Shown here one piece after another: positions 10,101-17,060 of a DNA stretch of 59,592 nucleotides. Position 1 is the first letter of the stretch, and every line of letters begins with the position of its first letter. The notes below the pieces were generated by a model. The model searched no databases. It saw only the letters and a program-made list of their open reading frames with translations, and was not told where the DNA came from. Source of the stretch: Gemmatimonadota bacterium (lineage in GTDB: Bacteria; Gemmatimonadota; Gemmatimonadetes; Gemmatimonadales; GWC2-71-9); contig JAZDCZ010000244.1 in the NCBI GenBank assembly GCA_036679605.1, forward strand, positions 1-59,592, in the 5' to 3' direction. The position numbers and the translations under genes are program-made.

Positions 10101-10282
10101 CAACCGACTTACCACCGGCCTACAAGCGACTCGGCGAATTGTACGAGGAGCGTGGCGACAAGACAAAAGCCGTTGAGTACTACAACGAGTTCGTAGAATT
10201 GTGGAGCGACGCGGACGCGGAACTACAGCCGCAGGTGAAGGATGTGAGAGATCGGATTGCGAGGTTGGTGGGGGAGCGGTAG
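7133..10282 (+). CDS. membrane-anchored Ser/Thr protein kinase with TolB-N-like domain and TPR repeats (paralog 3)
   Basis: Same architecture and motifs as paralogs 1 and 2; GTG start. Confidence 0.93.
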   Translation: MTDLRDRLQAAIGDTYRMEKELGGGGMSRVFLAEEVALARRVVIKLLPPEMSAGVSVERFQREIQLAAKLQHPHIVPLLTAGSHDDLLYYVMPYIEGESLRAKLAREGELPVNEAVRILKEVLDALQYSHSHNVVHRDIKPDNVLLSGNHAVVMDFGVAKAVSASTGQSSLTSLGVALGTPAYMAPEQAAADPHVDHRADIYAVGALAYEMMTGRPPFTGNTPQAVLSAHITQAPDPVTTHRSTVPDALNELILRCLQKKAADRWQRAADLIPHLDAILTPSGGMTPTGTQPVAAMTTSAAERAVQNAHPLRVMGLFGLASVGALAIVYFLVQLIGLPDWVFYGAIGLLVVGFPIVLLTGHREKQRAFATMTGMSMATPVGLERHFTWRKSLIGGGLAFVGLAVVAGVYMTMRVMGIGPVGTLVASGVLGERERILLTDFQNRTSDSTLGPSVTNAFRVDLSQSQVIRLVDASALGGVLRRMEVDPSTPIDLKLAREIAEREGINAIVTGELGPVGRGYVLSASIVSAENGEVLTAVRETASDDGEIIGAIDKLSGKLRERIGESLRDIRANEPLDRVTTASLPALRKYSQAIRAEQQGDITWAVSLMEEATSLDTAFAMAYRKLAVILGNTSAERSRTIAATAKAFEHRDRLTEIERYLTIARYHAAVEYDRTKVMDAYRSVLAIDPDEITSLNNLAVSLNSMRRFEEAEELAVRASHLASNYTFFFNSIWAQAGQGKYDDARATIERFATLVPEHNPYLVRFRGQFAASRNDFDTAERAFTSILDRERDATWQASASLSLSNEKAMRGQLSEAERYAQLNMKVERERGVPANYLSAVTRRALIDTRIRDAPADALDKLNRALAQYPLAELPPSDRPYSVLITAFANAGETERAKRLLAEYEAEVERPLRDGDLARYGAVAAIALAEGRYREAIEGFQAWHESGDFVCAYCALYRLGHTYDLAGNADSALAVYERAVSAHNLFRMYEVPTDLPPAYKRLGELYEERGDKTKAVEYYNEFVELWSDADAELQPQVKDVRDRIARLVGER

Positions 10283-10299
10283 GGGCGATGCATTGCCCC
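10279..10299 (+). repeat. GTAG-family REP-like palindrome
   Basis: GTAG followed by the palindrome GGGGCGATGCATTGCCCC (one G-T pair). Confidence 0.45.
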
Positions 10300-10338
10300 G
10301 GGGGAAAGGGGAAAAGGGGCGGGAGGTAGGTAATTGGC

Positions 10339-10375
10339 AAAACGAAGAGCCGGACAATAAATCGTTCGGCTCTTC
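10339..10375 (-). terminator. intrinsic terminator-like hairpin between convergent kinase 3 and the tRNA-like gene
   Basis: 12-bp stem GAAGAGCCGGAC/GTTCGGCTCTTC with an 8-nt loop; GTTTT follows on the minus strand. Confidence 0.55.
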
Positions 10376-10477
10376 TGGCGCAGCGAAACTGGCTACAGCG
10401 GACACCCCACAAGTGGCTATTAATCTAGGCTCGGCAGCAAGCTAGTGCAACTCGGCGTGATCGATGAATGGTGCGGT

Positions 10478-10564
10478 GGGTGCCTGCGCTGAGATTCGAA
10501 CTCGGACGGGCTTACGCCCGGACACTTGTGGAGTGCCTGCGTCTACCAATTCCGCCACGCCGGC
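10478..10564 (-). tRNA. atypical tRNA: type II Leu-like scaffold with CAC (Val) anticodon; possibly a degenerate pseudo-tRNA
   Basis: Minus strand reads GCCGGCG TG GCG-GAATTGGTAGA-CGC A GGCAC-TCCACAA-GTGTC C-GGGC-GTAA-GCCC-G T CCGAG-TTCGAAT-CTCAG CGCAGGC A CCCA. Cloverleaf is clear, but it has C33, mismatches G4-A69 and C50-A64, and ACCCA instead of ACCA. Confidence 0.7.
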
Positions 10565-10697
10565 ACCACTTCACGGTTGGCTATTTGGCAAGCTTCTCGG
10601 CTTGATGACGGGACATGTTGGTCTAGGCTTGCAGGGCGGTGCGGAATAACTCGGTTGGTGCGATGCACTCCAGTTGCAACGAATGAGTTTCTTGGAC

Positions 10698-11696
10698 TCA
10701 GCCTATAAGCGCCAACAGATTGTCGATGGCATCCGTCTCAGCCACACAACCCAGTTGGTGGAATTCCGACCGAGCGGTGTACGCCGCTTCTCTCGCCGCC
10801 TCCGACCGACCGCTGTTGAACAGGATATGAGCCAAGTCTCGCCGGGCAGTGGCCACCAGTAGCGGCCGACCGTGTTCCGTTCCCCGCTCCACAACTGTTC
10901 GCAGCGTTGTCTCCGCCAGCGCTGCGTCTCCCAGGGCCACAAGCGCACCGGCCAGGATACGCTCGTCTTCTGCCTCGCCCACTACATCGCCCAGCTGGGC
11001 ATGTGTTCCCAACGCTCTCTCGATCTCGCGACGGCCCACTTGCGGGTCGCCCGAAAGCACACGAATCTCGGCATGCCCTGCCAATGTCTGTGCCTCGAGC
11101 GCCACGTTTCCGACATGAGTAGCTTCCTGCATGGCGCGGTCGGCCATCTCGAGTGCCTTGCCGAATTCCTCCTTGTCTCGATAGGTAATCCCGAGGTTGT
11201 GGTACGCGACCACCATTCCCCATGGGAGTGAGGCCTTCTGAAAAGCCGTGAGTGCCATAGTGTACGACGCAACGGCCTGATCGCGTTGACCCCGCATATT
11301 GTTGATGATCCCGAGGTTGGTCGAACAGCGCCCCACAGTACCATTGTCCCCTTCGCGGTCCGCTTCTGCCAGCGCTTCTTTGAAGTGGCTCGCCGCCCGT
11401 TCGATGCGCCCGGAGTCCAACTCGATAGCACCACGTACGTTGAGCGCCCTGATCTCAACTGCCCGATCTCCCCGCTCACGTGCCAGTTCGAGGGCAACCT
11501 CGACCCATGCTGCGCCCTGGTCGAGGTGGCCGAGTCGGGCCAGAGAAGTGCCGTAGAGCAATGCAAGAGTCTGTGACTCTCGGAGCTGTTGCTCGTCCCC
11601 GTCATCCAAGTACTGCACCAGTTCACGGTGCTTGCCAGTCTCGGCCAGTCGCCTGGCGATGCCGAGCTGGTCCCGAGTCTCTCGCGGTGTCACCAA
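10698..11696 (-). CDS. cytoplasmic tetratricopeptide-repeat protein
   Basis: Serial TPR motifs (ALNVRGAI, STNLGII, AYHNLGITY); no signal peptide; 4 nt downstream of the lipoprotein stop. Confidence 0.85.
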   Translation of the reverse strand: MVTPRETRDQLGIARRLAETGKHRELVQYLDDGDEQQLRESQTLALLYGTSLARLGHLDQGAAWVEVALELARERGDRAVEIRALNVRGAIELDSGRIERAASHFKEALAEADREGDNGTVGRCSTNLGIINNMRGQRDQAVASYTMALTAFQKASLPWGMVVAYHNLGITYRDKEEFGKALEMADRAMQEATHVGNVALEAQTLAGHAEIRVLSGDPQVGRREIERALGTHAQLGDVVGEAEDERILAGALVALGDAALAETTLRTVVERGTEHGRPLLVATARRDLAHILFNSGRSEAAREAAYTARSEFHQLGCVAETDAIDNLLALIG

Positions 11697-11700
11697 GAGA

Positions 11701-12351
11701 TCACCAGGCGATCGCGTAATTGGAAAAGTGCAGCAGGTCCGCGTCGAACTTGCGTGATTCGAGCCCGTGCTTGACGTTGGCTAAGGGAGACCACTCACCG
11801 CTCCCGTCCTGTTGCTGCCAGACATTCAACAACTGGGTACGGATCAACTCATCGTTGGGATCGACCCCATTTACCCCGTCCAGATCGGGGTTTGCGTTGT
11901 GATAACGGAATTTGAGGCGCGCAGGTTTGGCAGCGCTGAACGTGAGTCCCGTGGGTTCGAGAGTCAGCAACAAAGAGTCGGCATGGACTGTCACGGACAC
12001 CAACACAGAATCTCCATCTGCTATTGGGACACCGCCGGGCAGTGTTTCCAGTGTAGTCTTGTCGAACTCCAACTCCACGAAGCCCAACACCAGCGCTTCC
12101 GGATCTACCGCATTGGGGTCTGCTTCATATCTGATGCGAATCCGCTGCTTTTTCCCACGCACTACCCAAACGCTCGCCTGTAGGGTTTCCAGTAGCGGTG
12201 CCGAGTCCGACTGCGTCAAGATGTGCAGAGTGCCGCTGCCACCCGCCATATCAAACTGTGGCCCCGAAGGTTCAATCGGTGGCGCCGTCGAGTCACTGCA
12301 TGCTAGTAGCGCCAAGCATGCGCCGAGTGTGATGAACTTTGCTCTAGACAT
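11701..12351 (-). CDS. lipoprotein with ZU5-like C-terminal region ending in HFSNYAIAW
   Basis: Lipobox LLAC; LEPTGLTF...PARL...W...HFS pattern; GGAG RBS. Confidence 0.75.
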   Translation of the reverse strand: MSRAKFITLGACLALLACSDSTAPPIEPSGPQFDMAGGSGTLHILTQSDSAPLLETLQASVWVVRGKKQRIRIRYEADPNAVDPEALVLGFVELEFDKTTLETLPGGVPIADGDSVLVSVTVHADSLLLTLEPTGLTFSAAKPARLKFRYHNANPDLDGVNGVDPNDELIRTQLLNVWQQQDGSGEWSPLANVKHGLESRKFDADLLHFSNYAIAW

Positions 12352-12370
12352 TGGAGTCTTGCCTCCCTGC

Positions 12371-13544
12371 TTATGGTAATGCCCTATCGCCTAGCAACCG
12401 AGCCAAGCGTTGACGTGAAATCATCAGTTGTCGCGCAGCTTCGCTCCTGTTGCCGTCGCACCGGTCCAATGTCGCGTGCGCAGCCGCGGCTATTATGGTG
12501 CTGAGATCCGCCGGGAACGGGAGAACTCCTTCCGCAGGACCCCCGGACTGGGGCGCAAACATCAGTTCCTTCGGGTCGAGGCATCCGGGATCGGATAGCC
12601 ACAGGGCCCGCTCCAACGCGTTCTTGAGTTCGCGGATGTTTCCGGGCCAGCGTTGGCCCAACAGGAGGGATCGTAGTTCTGCGTCGAGTTTTGGAAGTGG
12701 GAGTCCGTGCCGTTGTGACAGGCGACTCAGCACGTGCTCGGCAATTAGGATCACGTCGTCACCGCGCTCGCGCAACGGCGGCAAGGTCAACGTAATCACG
12801 TTCAGTCGGTAATAGAGGTCTTCGCGGAACCTCCCCGCGATGACAGCCTCCTGCATGTTCTGGTTCGTAGCTGCAATTATTCTTACGTCGACCGTTCTGG
12901 TCCTAGTGCCTCCCACTCTCCGTACTTCCTTGTCATCCAGCACCCGAAGCAGCTTCGGCTGTGTCTCGAGAGGTAGGGTTCCAATCTCGTCGAGAAACAG
13001 AGTCCCGCCGTCGGCGATCTCGAAAAGGCCTGGCTTCGAGGCGTGCGCGTCGGTGAACGCTCCGCGTTCGTGTCCGAACAATTCCGACTCGATGAGATGG
13101 GAGGGTAGCGCCGAGCAGTTGACTGGGACGAACGGTTCACCTGCCCTGGGCCCACCCTCGTGAAGTGCGCGGGCGAGAAGTTCCTTGCCGGTACCGGTCT
13201 CACCGGTGATCAGTGTGGTGGTACCGTCGTGGGCCAACGTCCGCTCCGCCCGCCTGAGTACTTCCTTGAGCGCCGGACTCTCGCCCACAAGTTCGGAAAA
13301 CCACAGCACCTTACACTTGCGCTGTGCATCCTCCTCGCGCCGGCGGGCCTCGCGGCGACGCTCCACCGCAGCCGCTAACGCGTTTTCCAGTATTTCCGCG
13401 TCTTCGGGAAGAGCCAGATAGTCCTTTGCGCCACGGGCAACCATGGTGGCGGCCGTACGCCTTCCGGGATCGGCTCCGACGACAAACACCGTCAGAGTAG
13501 CCGGCCATTCGTTGCGGTCGAGCCAGCATCAAACGTGGCGACAT
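12371..13544 (-). CDS. sigma-54-dependent enhancer-binding protein (NtrC/Fis family); N-terminus apparently frameshifted or deleted (intact frame 12371-13489)
   Basis: GETGTGKE, ESELFGHERGAFTDA, LFLDEI, FREDLYYRL and C-terminal HTH. The AGGAG-ATG start at 13544 is out of frame with the body. Confidence 0.85.
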
Positions 13545-13601
13545 AACGCACTCCTAACGGTTGAAATACTGTGAAGTGTTGCTGGACCGGTCTACCGGTT
13601 A

Positions 13602-13617
13602 GGCAACAGGAGTGCCG
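13602..13617 (-). promoter_or_regulatory. sigma-54 -24/-12 promoter
   Basis: CGGCAC-TCCTG-TTGCC with exact GG-N10-GC spacing, about 60 nt upstream of the bEBP ATG. Confidence 0.7.
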
Positions 13618-13672
13618 TGCGTTCGTGCCGCTCTATGTCTTTGATTGATAAGGGATTATGGAAAGCCGATGT

Positions 13673-13695
13673 GTTCCTGAACCTGGTTTAGGAAC
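13673..13695. promoter_or_regulatory. 23-bp palindrome, candidate upstream activator site
   Basis: GTTCCTGAACC-T-GGTTTAGGAAC. The 1-nt centre suits a protein site better than an RNA hairpin. An IHF-like AT-rich segment (13634-13658) lies between it and the promoter. Confidence 0.45.
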
Positions 13696-14669
13696 TAACA
13701 ACTGGTGCGAAACACACCAAGCATTCCTATCAACTCCTCCATCTCCACATTCCCACCGCTCAACACCGCCACGACACGGTCGGTTTCTCGAACAGGAATC
13801 TTGCTTGCCAACAAAGCGGCAACCGCAGCGGCACCGGAGGGCTCAACTACCAGCTTGGTGCGGGTCAGGATCGGTTCCATTGCGGCTATTATCTCGTCGT
13901 CTGATACGACCACGACTTCTTCGACGTACTGCTTCACGTATTCGTAATTGATCTCGCCGGCCATCGGCGGAGTTAGGCCGTGGGCGATGCTGTGAACCGA
14001 GTCCGACCGAACGGCATGACCTTGCTTTAGGCTCTGCCGCATTGTGTCGGCACCTTCGGGTTCCACACCGAACACGCGGGCCGAGGGGTCGGTCAATTTG
14101 ACGGCTGCCGCGATTCCCGAAATGAGCCCGCCACCTCCGATAGGGACGACTACAATAATTCTGTCTCCCTCACCGAGTTGTTCGAGAATCTCGAGGCCCG
14201 CGCTTCCATGCCCAGTTACGACTTCCAAGTCGTCGAACGGATGCACGAACGTAAGATTCTCTTCCCGCTCCAACTGATGAACCTTCTCGAATGCCTGTGA
14301 CACGTCACCGTGGAGTACCACCTCGGCACCGTAGCTGCGGCAGGCCTCCGCCTTGATAGGTGATGCGTCGGCGGGCATCACCACCACAGCACGAGTGCCG
14401 ATCTCCCGTGCGCCCCACGCCACTGCCTGTGCGGCGTTACCGGCGGATATCGTGATGACACCGCGCGACTTTGCGTCGGCGTCCAGTTGCAGCAACTTGT
14501 TCAGGATTCCACGGACCTTGAACGAGCCGGTCTTCTGCAAGTTCTCGCACTTTAGGTAAACGGGCGCACCGATGCTTTGGCCGAGCAGGGTAGACCTGAC
14601 CAATGGCGTCAGGTGGATCCGATCTCTGACGCGGGCGCGGGCGGCGACATAGGCGTCGAGCGTGCGCAT
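13695..14669 (-). CDS. PLP-dependent threonine/serine dehydratase (short form, no ACT domain)
   Basis: LKCENLQKTGSFKVRG, SAGN, PIGGGGL, EPSGA, LSGGN; start overlaps the EVE stop (TGATG). Confidence 0.9.
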   Translation of the reverse strand: MRTLDAYVAARARVRDRIHLTPLVRSTLLGQSIGAPVYLKCENLQKTGSFKVRGILNKLLQLDADAKSRGVITISAGNAAQAVAWGAREIGTRAVVVMPADASPIKAEACRSYGAEVVLHGDVSQAFEKVHQLEREENLTFVHPFDDLEVVTGHGSAGLEILEQLGEGDRIIVVVPIGGGGLISGIAAAVKLTDPSARVFGVEPEGADTMRQSLKQGHAVRSDSVHSIAHGLTPPMAGEINYEYVKQYVEEVVVVSDDEIIAAMEPILTRTKLVVEPSGAAAVAALLASKIPVRETDRVVAVLSGGNVEMEELIGMLGVFRTSC

Positions 14670-15124
14670 CACGATTCTCCGCCTAGGAACGTGACGACAT
14701 CGAACTCTTTTTTCCGTACCGGTTGCACCGAGAGCCTGCCCTGCTTCGCCACGACCATCTCCTCCAATCCCTTTGCAGTCTTCAACACGTCGAGTGGTAC
14801 AAAATTTGTGAATTGTTCCACGAATTCCACGTCGACCATGAACCACCTTGGTTTCTCTTTGGTCGATTTCTCATCGTAGTACCTGCTCTTCTTATTCCAG
14901 GCATAGTGGTCGGGATATGCCTCGCGGCAAACCCGTGCAATGCCCGCGACTCCAGGCGGATTGGCGTTGCTGTGGTAGAACAGCACGAGATCACCAGAAG
15001 TCATTCTCCTCATGTTGTTGCGCGCTGAATAGTTGCGCACACCTTCCCAGGAGGTCGAGCCCTCTCTCTCGAGATCGGCGATGGAGTAAACGGTAGGTTC
15101 TGATTTCATTAACCAATAATTCAC
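14669..15124 (-). CDS. EVE domain-containing protein
   Basis: YWLMKSEP, WEGVRNY.ARN, FYHS, RLSVQPV; GTG start with GGAG RBS. Confidence 0.92.
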   Translation of the reverse strand: MNYWLMKSEPTVYSIADLEREGSTSWEGVRNYSARNNMRRMTSGDLVLFYHSNANPPGVAGIARVCREAYPDHYAWNKKSRYYDEKSTKEKPRWFMVDVEFVEQFTNFVPLDVLKTAKGLEEMVVAKQGRLSVQPVRKKEFDVVTFLGGES

Positions 15125-15308
15125 AGCTAGGCTCCGCAAATTGTGATTTCAACCGCTGCGCGCATGACGGTATATGGGTTAACGTGCTTAACTTATGTCA
15201 CAGCAGGTAAGTCTGGAGACTTCTTCTGGATCCTCCCAAAATAGGTAAAGAGTGAAGACCCCGGTCAAGCTCTGGACTGGAGAGGCTATCTGCATGATTC
15301 GCAAGGAC

Positions 15309-15337
15309 TTGACATGCCTCACCGGTATTCCCATCGT
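15309..15337 (+). promoter_or_regulatory. putative sigma-70 promoter (TTGACA-N17-CATCGT)
   Basis: Perfect -35 box and 17-nt spacer, weak -10 box, upstream of the ATG at 15372. Confidence 0.4.
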
Positions 15338-15371
15338 GTCTTGCACTGGTCTTTCATCGACTCGGGGTGAA

Positions 15372-17060
15372 ATGGGTACATCTGAAGAGGCAGGAAGGCG
15401 GCTGCACCGCGCCCGTTATATCCTGCCCCTACTTCCGCTGCTGGCGCTGGGGGCCTGTATCTCGCCCACCGATCGCTCGGACAATCTTGTCGTCGAGTTT
15501 GCGGATATCCCCCAACTGGTGGTAAACGATACTGTCCAGCTCTCGGCCGAGGTGCTGGAGGACAACGGATCGCCGGTTCCCAACGCAGAGATAGTGTTCA
15601 CTGGCGACAACGCCAACGTTCTAAACATCAGTCCAACGGGGCGACTGCTGGCGGTTGGTGCGGGAGACGCCAGCGTATCCGCCACGGCCATTGGTTTCTC
15701 GGGCACTCGGGTCGCGACTCTCTCCGTGCGGGTCCGCGACCTGCTCGAAATCGACAGCATTCGTCCCGCTCAAGTAAGGTATGGTGAGACGGTCCAGATC
15801 TTTGGTGTAGGGCTCGATCCCGATTTTCTCTTTCTGGCCAACTTCGGCGGTGTTGAAACACCGGTCGAATCGTTTACGCCCCAGGATCCTGACAACCCAT
15901 CGCGCTTTGGCACGCTTTCACTGTGGGTGACTGCACCCGCGTCGTTCCAGGCGAACGCGATACTATTGGGGTTGGAGGGGCTGGTGTTCAGCCCCCCGGA
16001 GGACACCGTACGGGTGTTCCAGCGAGATCTATACGAGCCCAACGACACTCTGGCTGCATCCGTAGGCTTGCCATTCTTCAATCCGGCTCTGGCATTCGAG
16101 CGTGTTCGTCGTGGTGAGAATCAGCTCGCCGTAGACTGGTACACATTCACTACCACAACTGCGGGTGACTGGACGGTTTCGGCCTGGGCGCCCAGGGGCG
16201 GTAGCAACTTCAACGTCTACGTCACGGATTCGCTGCTCTGGTCCCGTGCGGCATTCGACGCACTGGGTTTCGGGGTCTATGTGAGCGGCGGATGGTCGGT
16301 GGGGTCAGGATTTAGAGCTTGCGACGGCTTGGGCTTTATCTTCCCCGGCGGTGTTGAGAGCGGGTTTACCTTTGAGGCCCCGCCCGACTCGGCTGTCATG
16401 GCGTTCAGGGACCTGCCTGCCGGTACCTACAATGTGTTTGTCACCTATGGTGAGGGTGGGGCGTTTTTCGATGCGCCCAGCAAGTCGGCGGGGCTCGCGG
16501 TCTTTGTCGATAGTCTCAACATCCCGCAGGCGCTCCCGGCCGGCTTGAGAATTGTCCCGAGATACGAGACGGTGCTCCCCCCAGATCAGTTCGAGGAGAA
16601 CGACTACTGCACCGTAGCGGCCGATCTCATCGTGCCAGGTGCCCTGAACGCCACTAGCACGGTGCGTTCTCTCACTATCGATAGTCCCCATGATGCAGAC
16701 TGGTTCAAGTTCACTGTGGGGGGGACGGGGGCGTCGGTTCGGTTCACTCTCGCCGTGGCCGACAGCGTGGCCGATCTTGATCTTTATGTGGTGCGGGATC
16801 TTCGTCCCGACTCACTGGTGTTGGTGGACTTTGGGATTGGCGGCGGAGTCGATAATCAGACGGTGGGCTTGTTCTTGGATCCCGGCAACTACTTCCTCGT
16901 GGTAGCCGACTTCTTCGGTATCCCAACCGAATACGAGTTGACCAGCAAGGTGCTGTCCCTCGTACGACCACCGGCACCACCTGCGGTGAGTGCCAGCCTG
17001 GTGGTGCGCCTAGAGAAGGCGGCGGCCCGCCGACGCAGCGCCCGTCCAAAGACCCGATGA
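15372..17060 (+). CDS. lipoprotein with Ig-like (Big_2/IPT) and PPC-like domains
   Basis: Lipobox LGAC; Ig-like QLSAEVLEDNG...ISPTG; repeated D..E.ND...DW(Y/F).F and DLDLYV motifs. Confidence 0.75.
   Translation: MGTSEEAGRRLHRARYILPLLPLLALGACISPTDRSDNLVVEFADIPQLVVNDTVQLSAEVLEDNGSPVPNAEIVFTGDNANVLNISPTGRLLAVGAGDASVSATAIGFSGTRVATLSVRVRDLLEIDSIRPAQVRYGETVQIFGVGLDPDFLFLANFGGVETPVESFTPQDPDNPSRFGTLSLWVTAPASFQANAILLGLEGLVFSPPEDTVRVFQRDLYEPNDTLAASVGLPFFNPALAFERVRRGENQLAVDWYTFTTTTAGDWTVSAWAPRGGSNFNVYVTDSLLWSRAAFDALGFGVYVSGGWSVGSGFRACDGLGFIFPGGVESGFTFEAPPDSAVMAFRDLPAGTYNVFVTYGEGGAFFDAPSKSAGLAVFVDSLNIPQALPAGLRIVPRYETVLPPDQFEENDYCTVAADLIVPGALNATSTVRSLTIDSPHDADWFKFTVGGTGASVRFTLAVADSVADLDLYVVRDLRPDSLVLVDFGIGGGVDNQTVGLFLDPGNYFLVVADFFGIPTEYELTSKVLSLVRPPAPPAVSASLVVRLEKAAARRRSARPKTR

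Noticed and set aside
501..10282. Diversity-generating retroelement as the cause of kinase ectodomain variation
   Set aside because: No reverse transcriptase or template repeat; differences are not adenine-specific and the C-termini are conserved rather than variable.
10469..10480. CCCACCGCACCA just 3' of the tRNA-like gene as an att-site duplication
   Set aside because: Too short, with no integrase or matching second copy found in the window.
10526..10533. Reading the tRNA anticodon as CCA (Trp)
   Set aside because: Needs a register shift that breaks the GGCAC/GTGTC stem; the 7-nt loop centres on CAC.
13030..13080. GAFTDA instead of GAFTGA taken as a sign of an inactive bEBP
   Set aside because: GAFTDA is a common natural variant, and the key F and T residues are retained.
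14670..14846. Long N-terminal extensions in the ORF track (dehydratase; also 15252, 21756, 26065, 50352, 52129, 57816)
   Set aside because: They overlap neighbouring genes or promoters; downstream starts fit RBS or -10 signals and family N-termini better.
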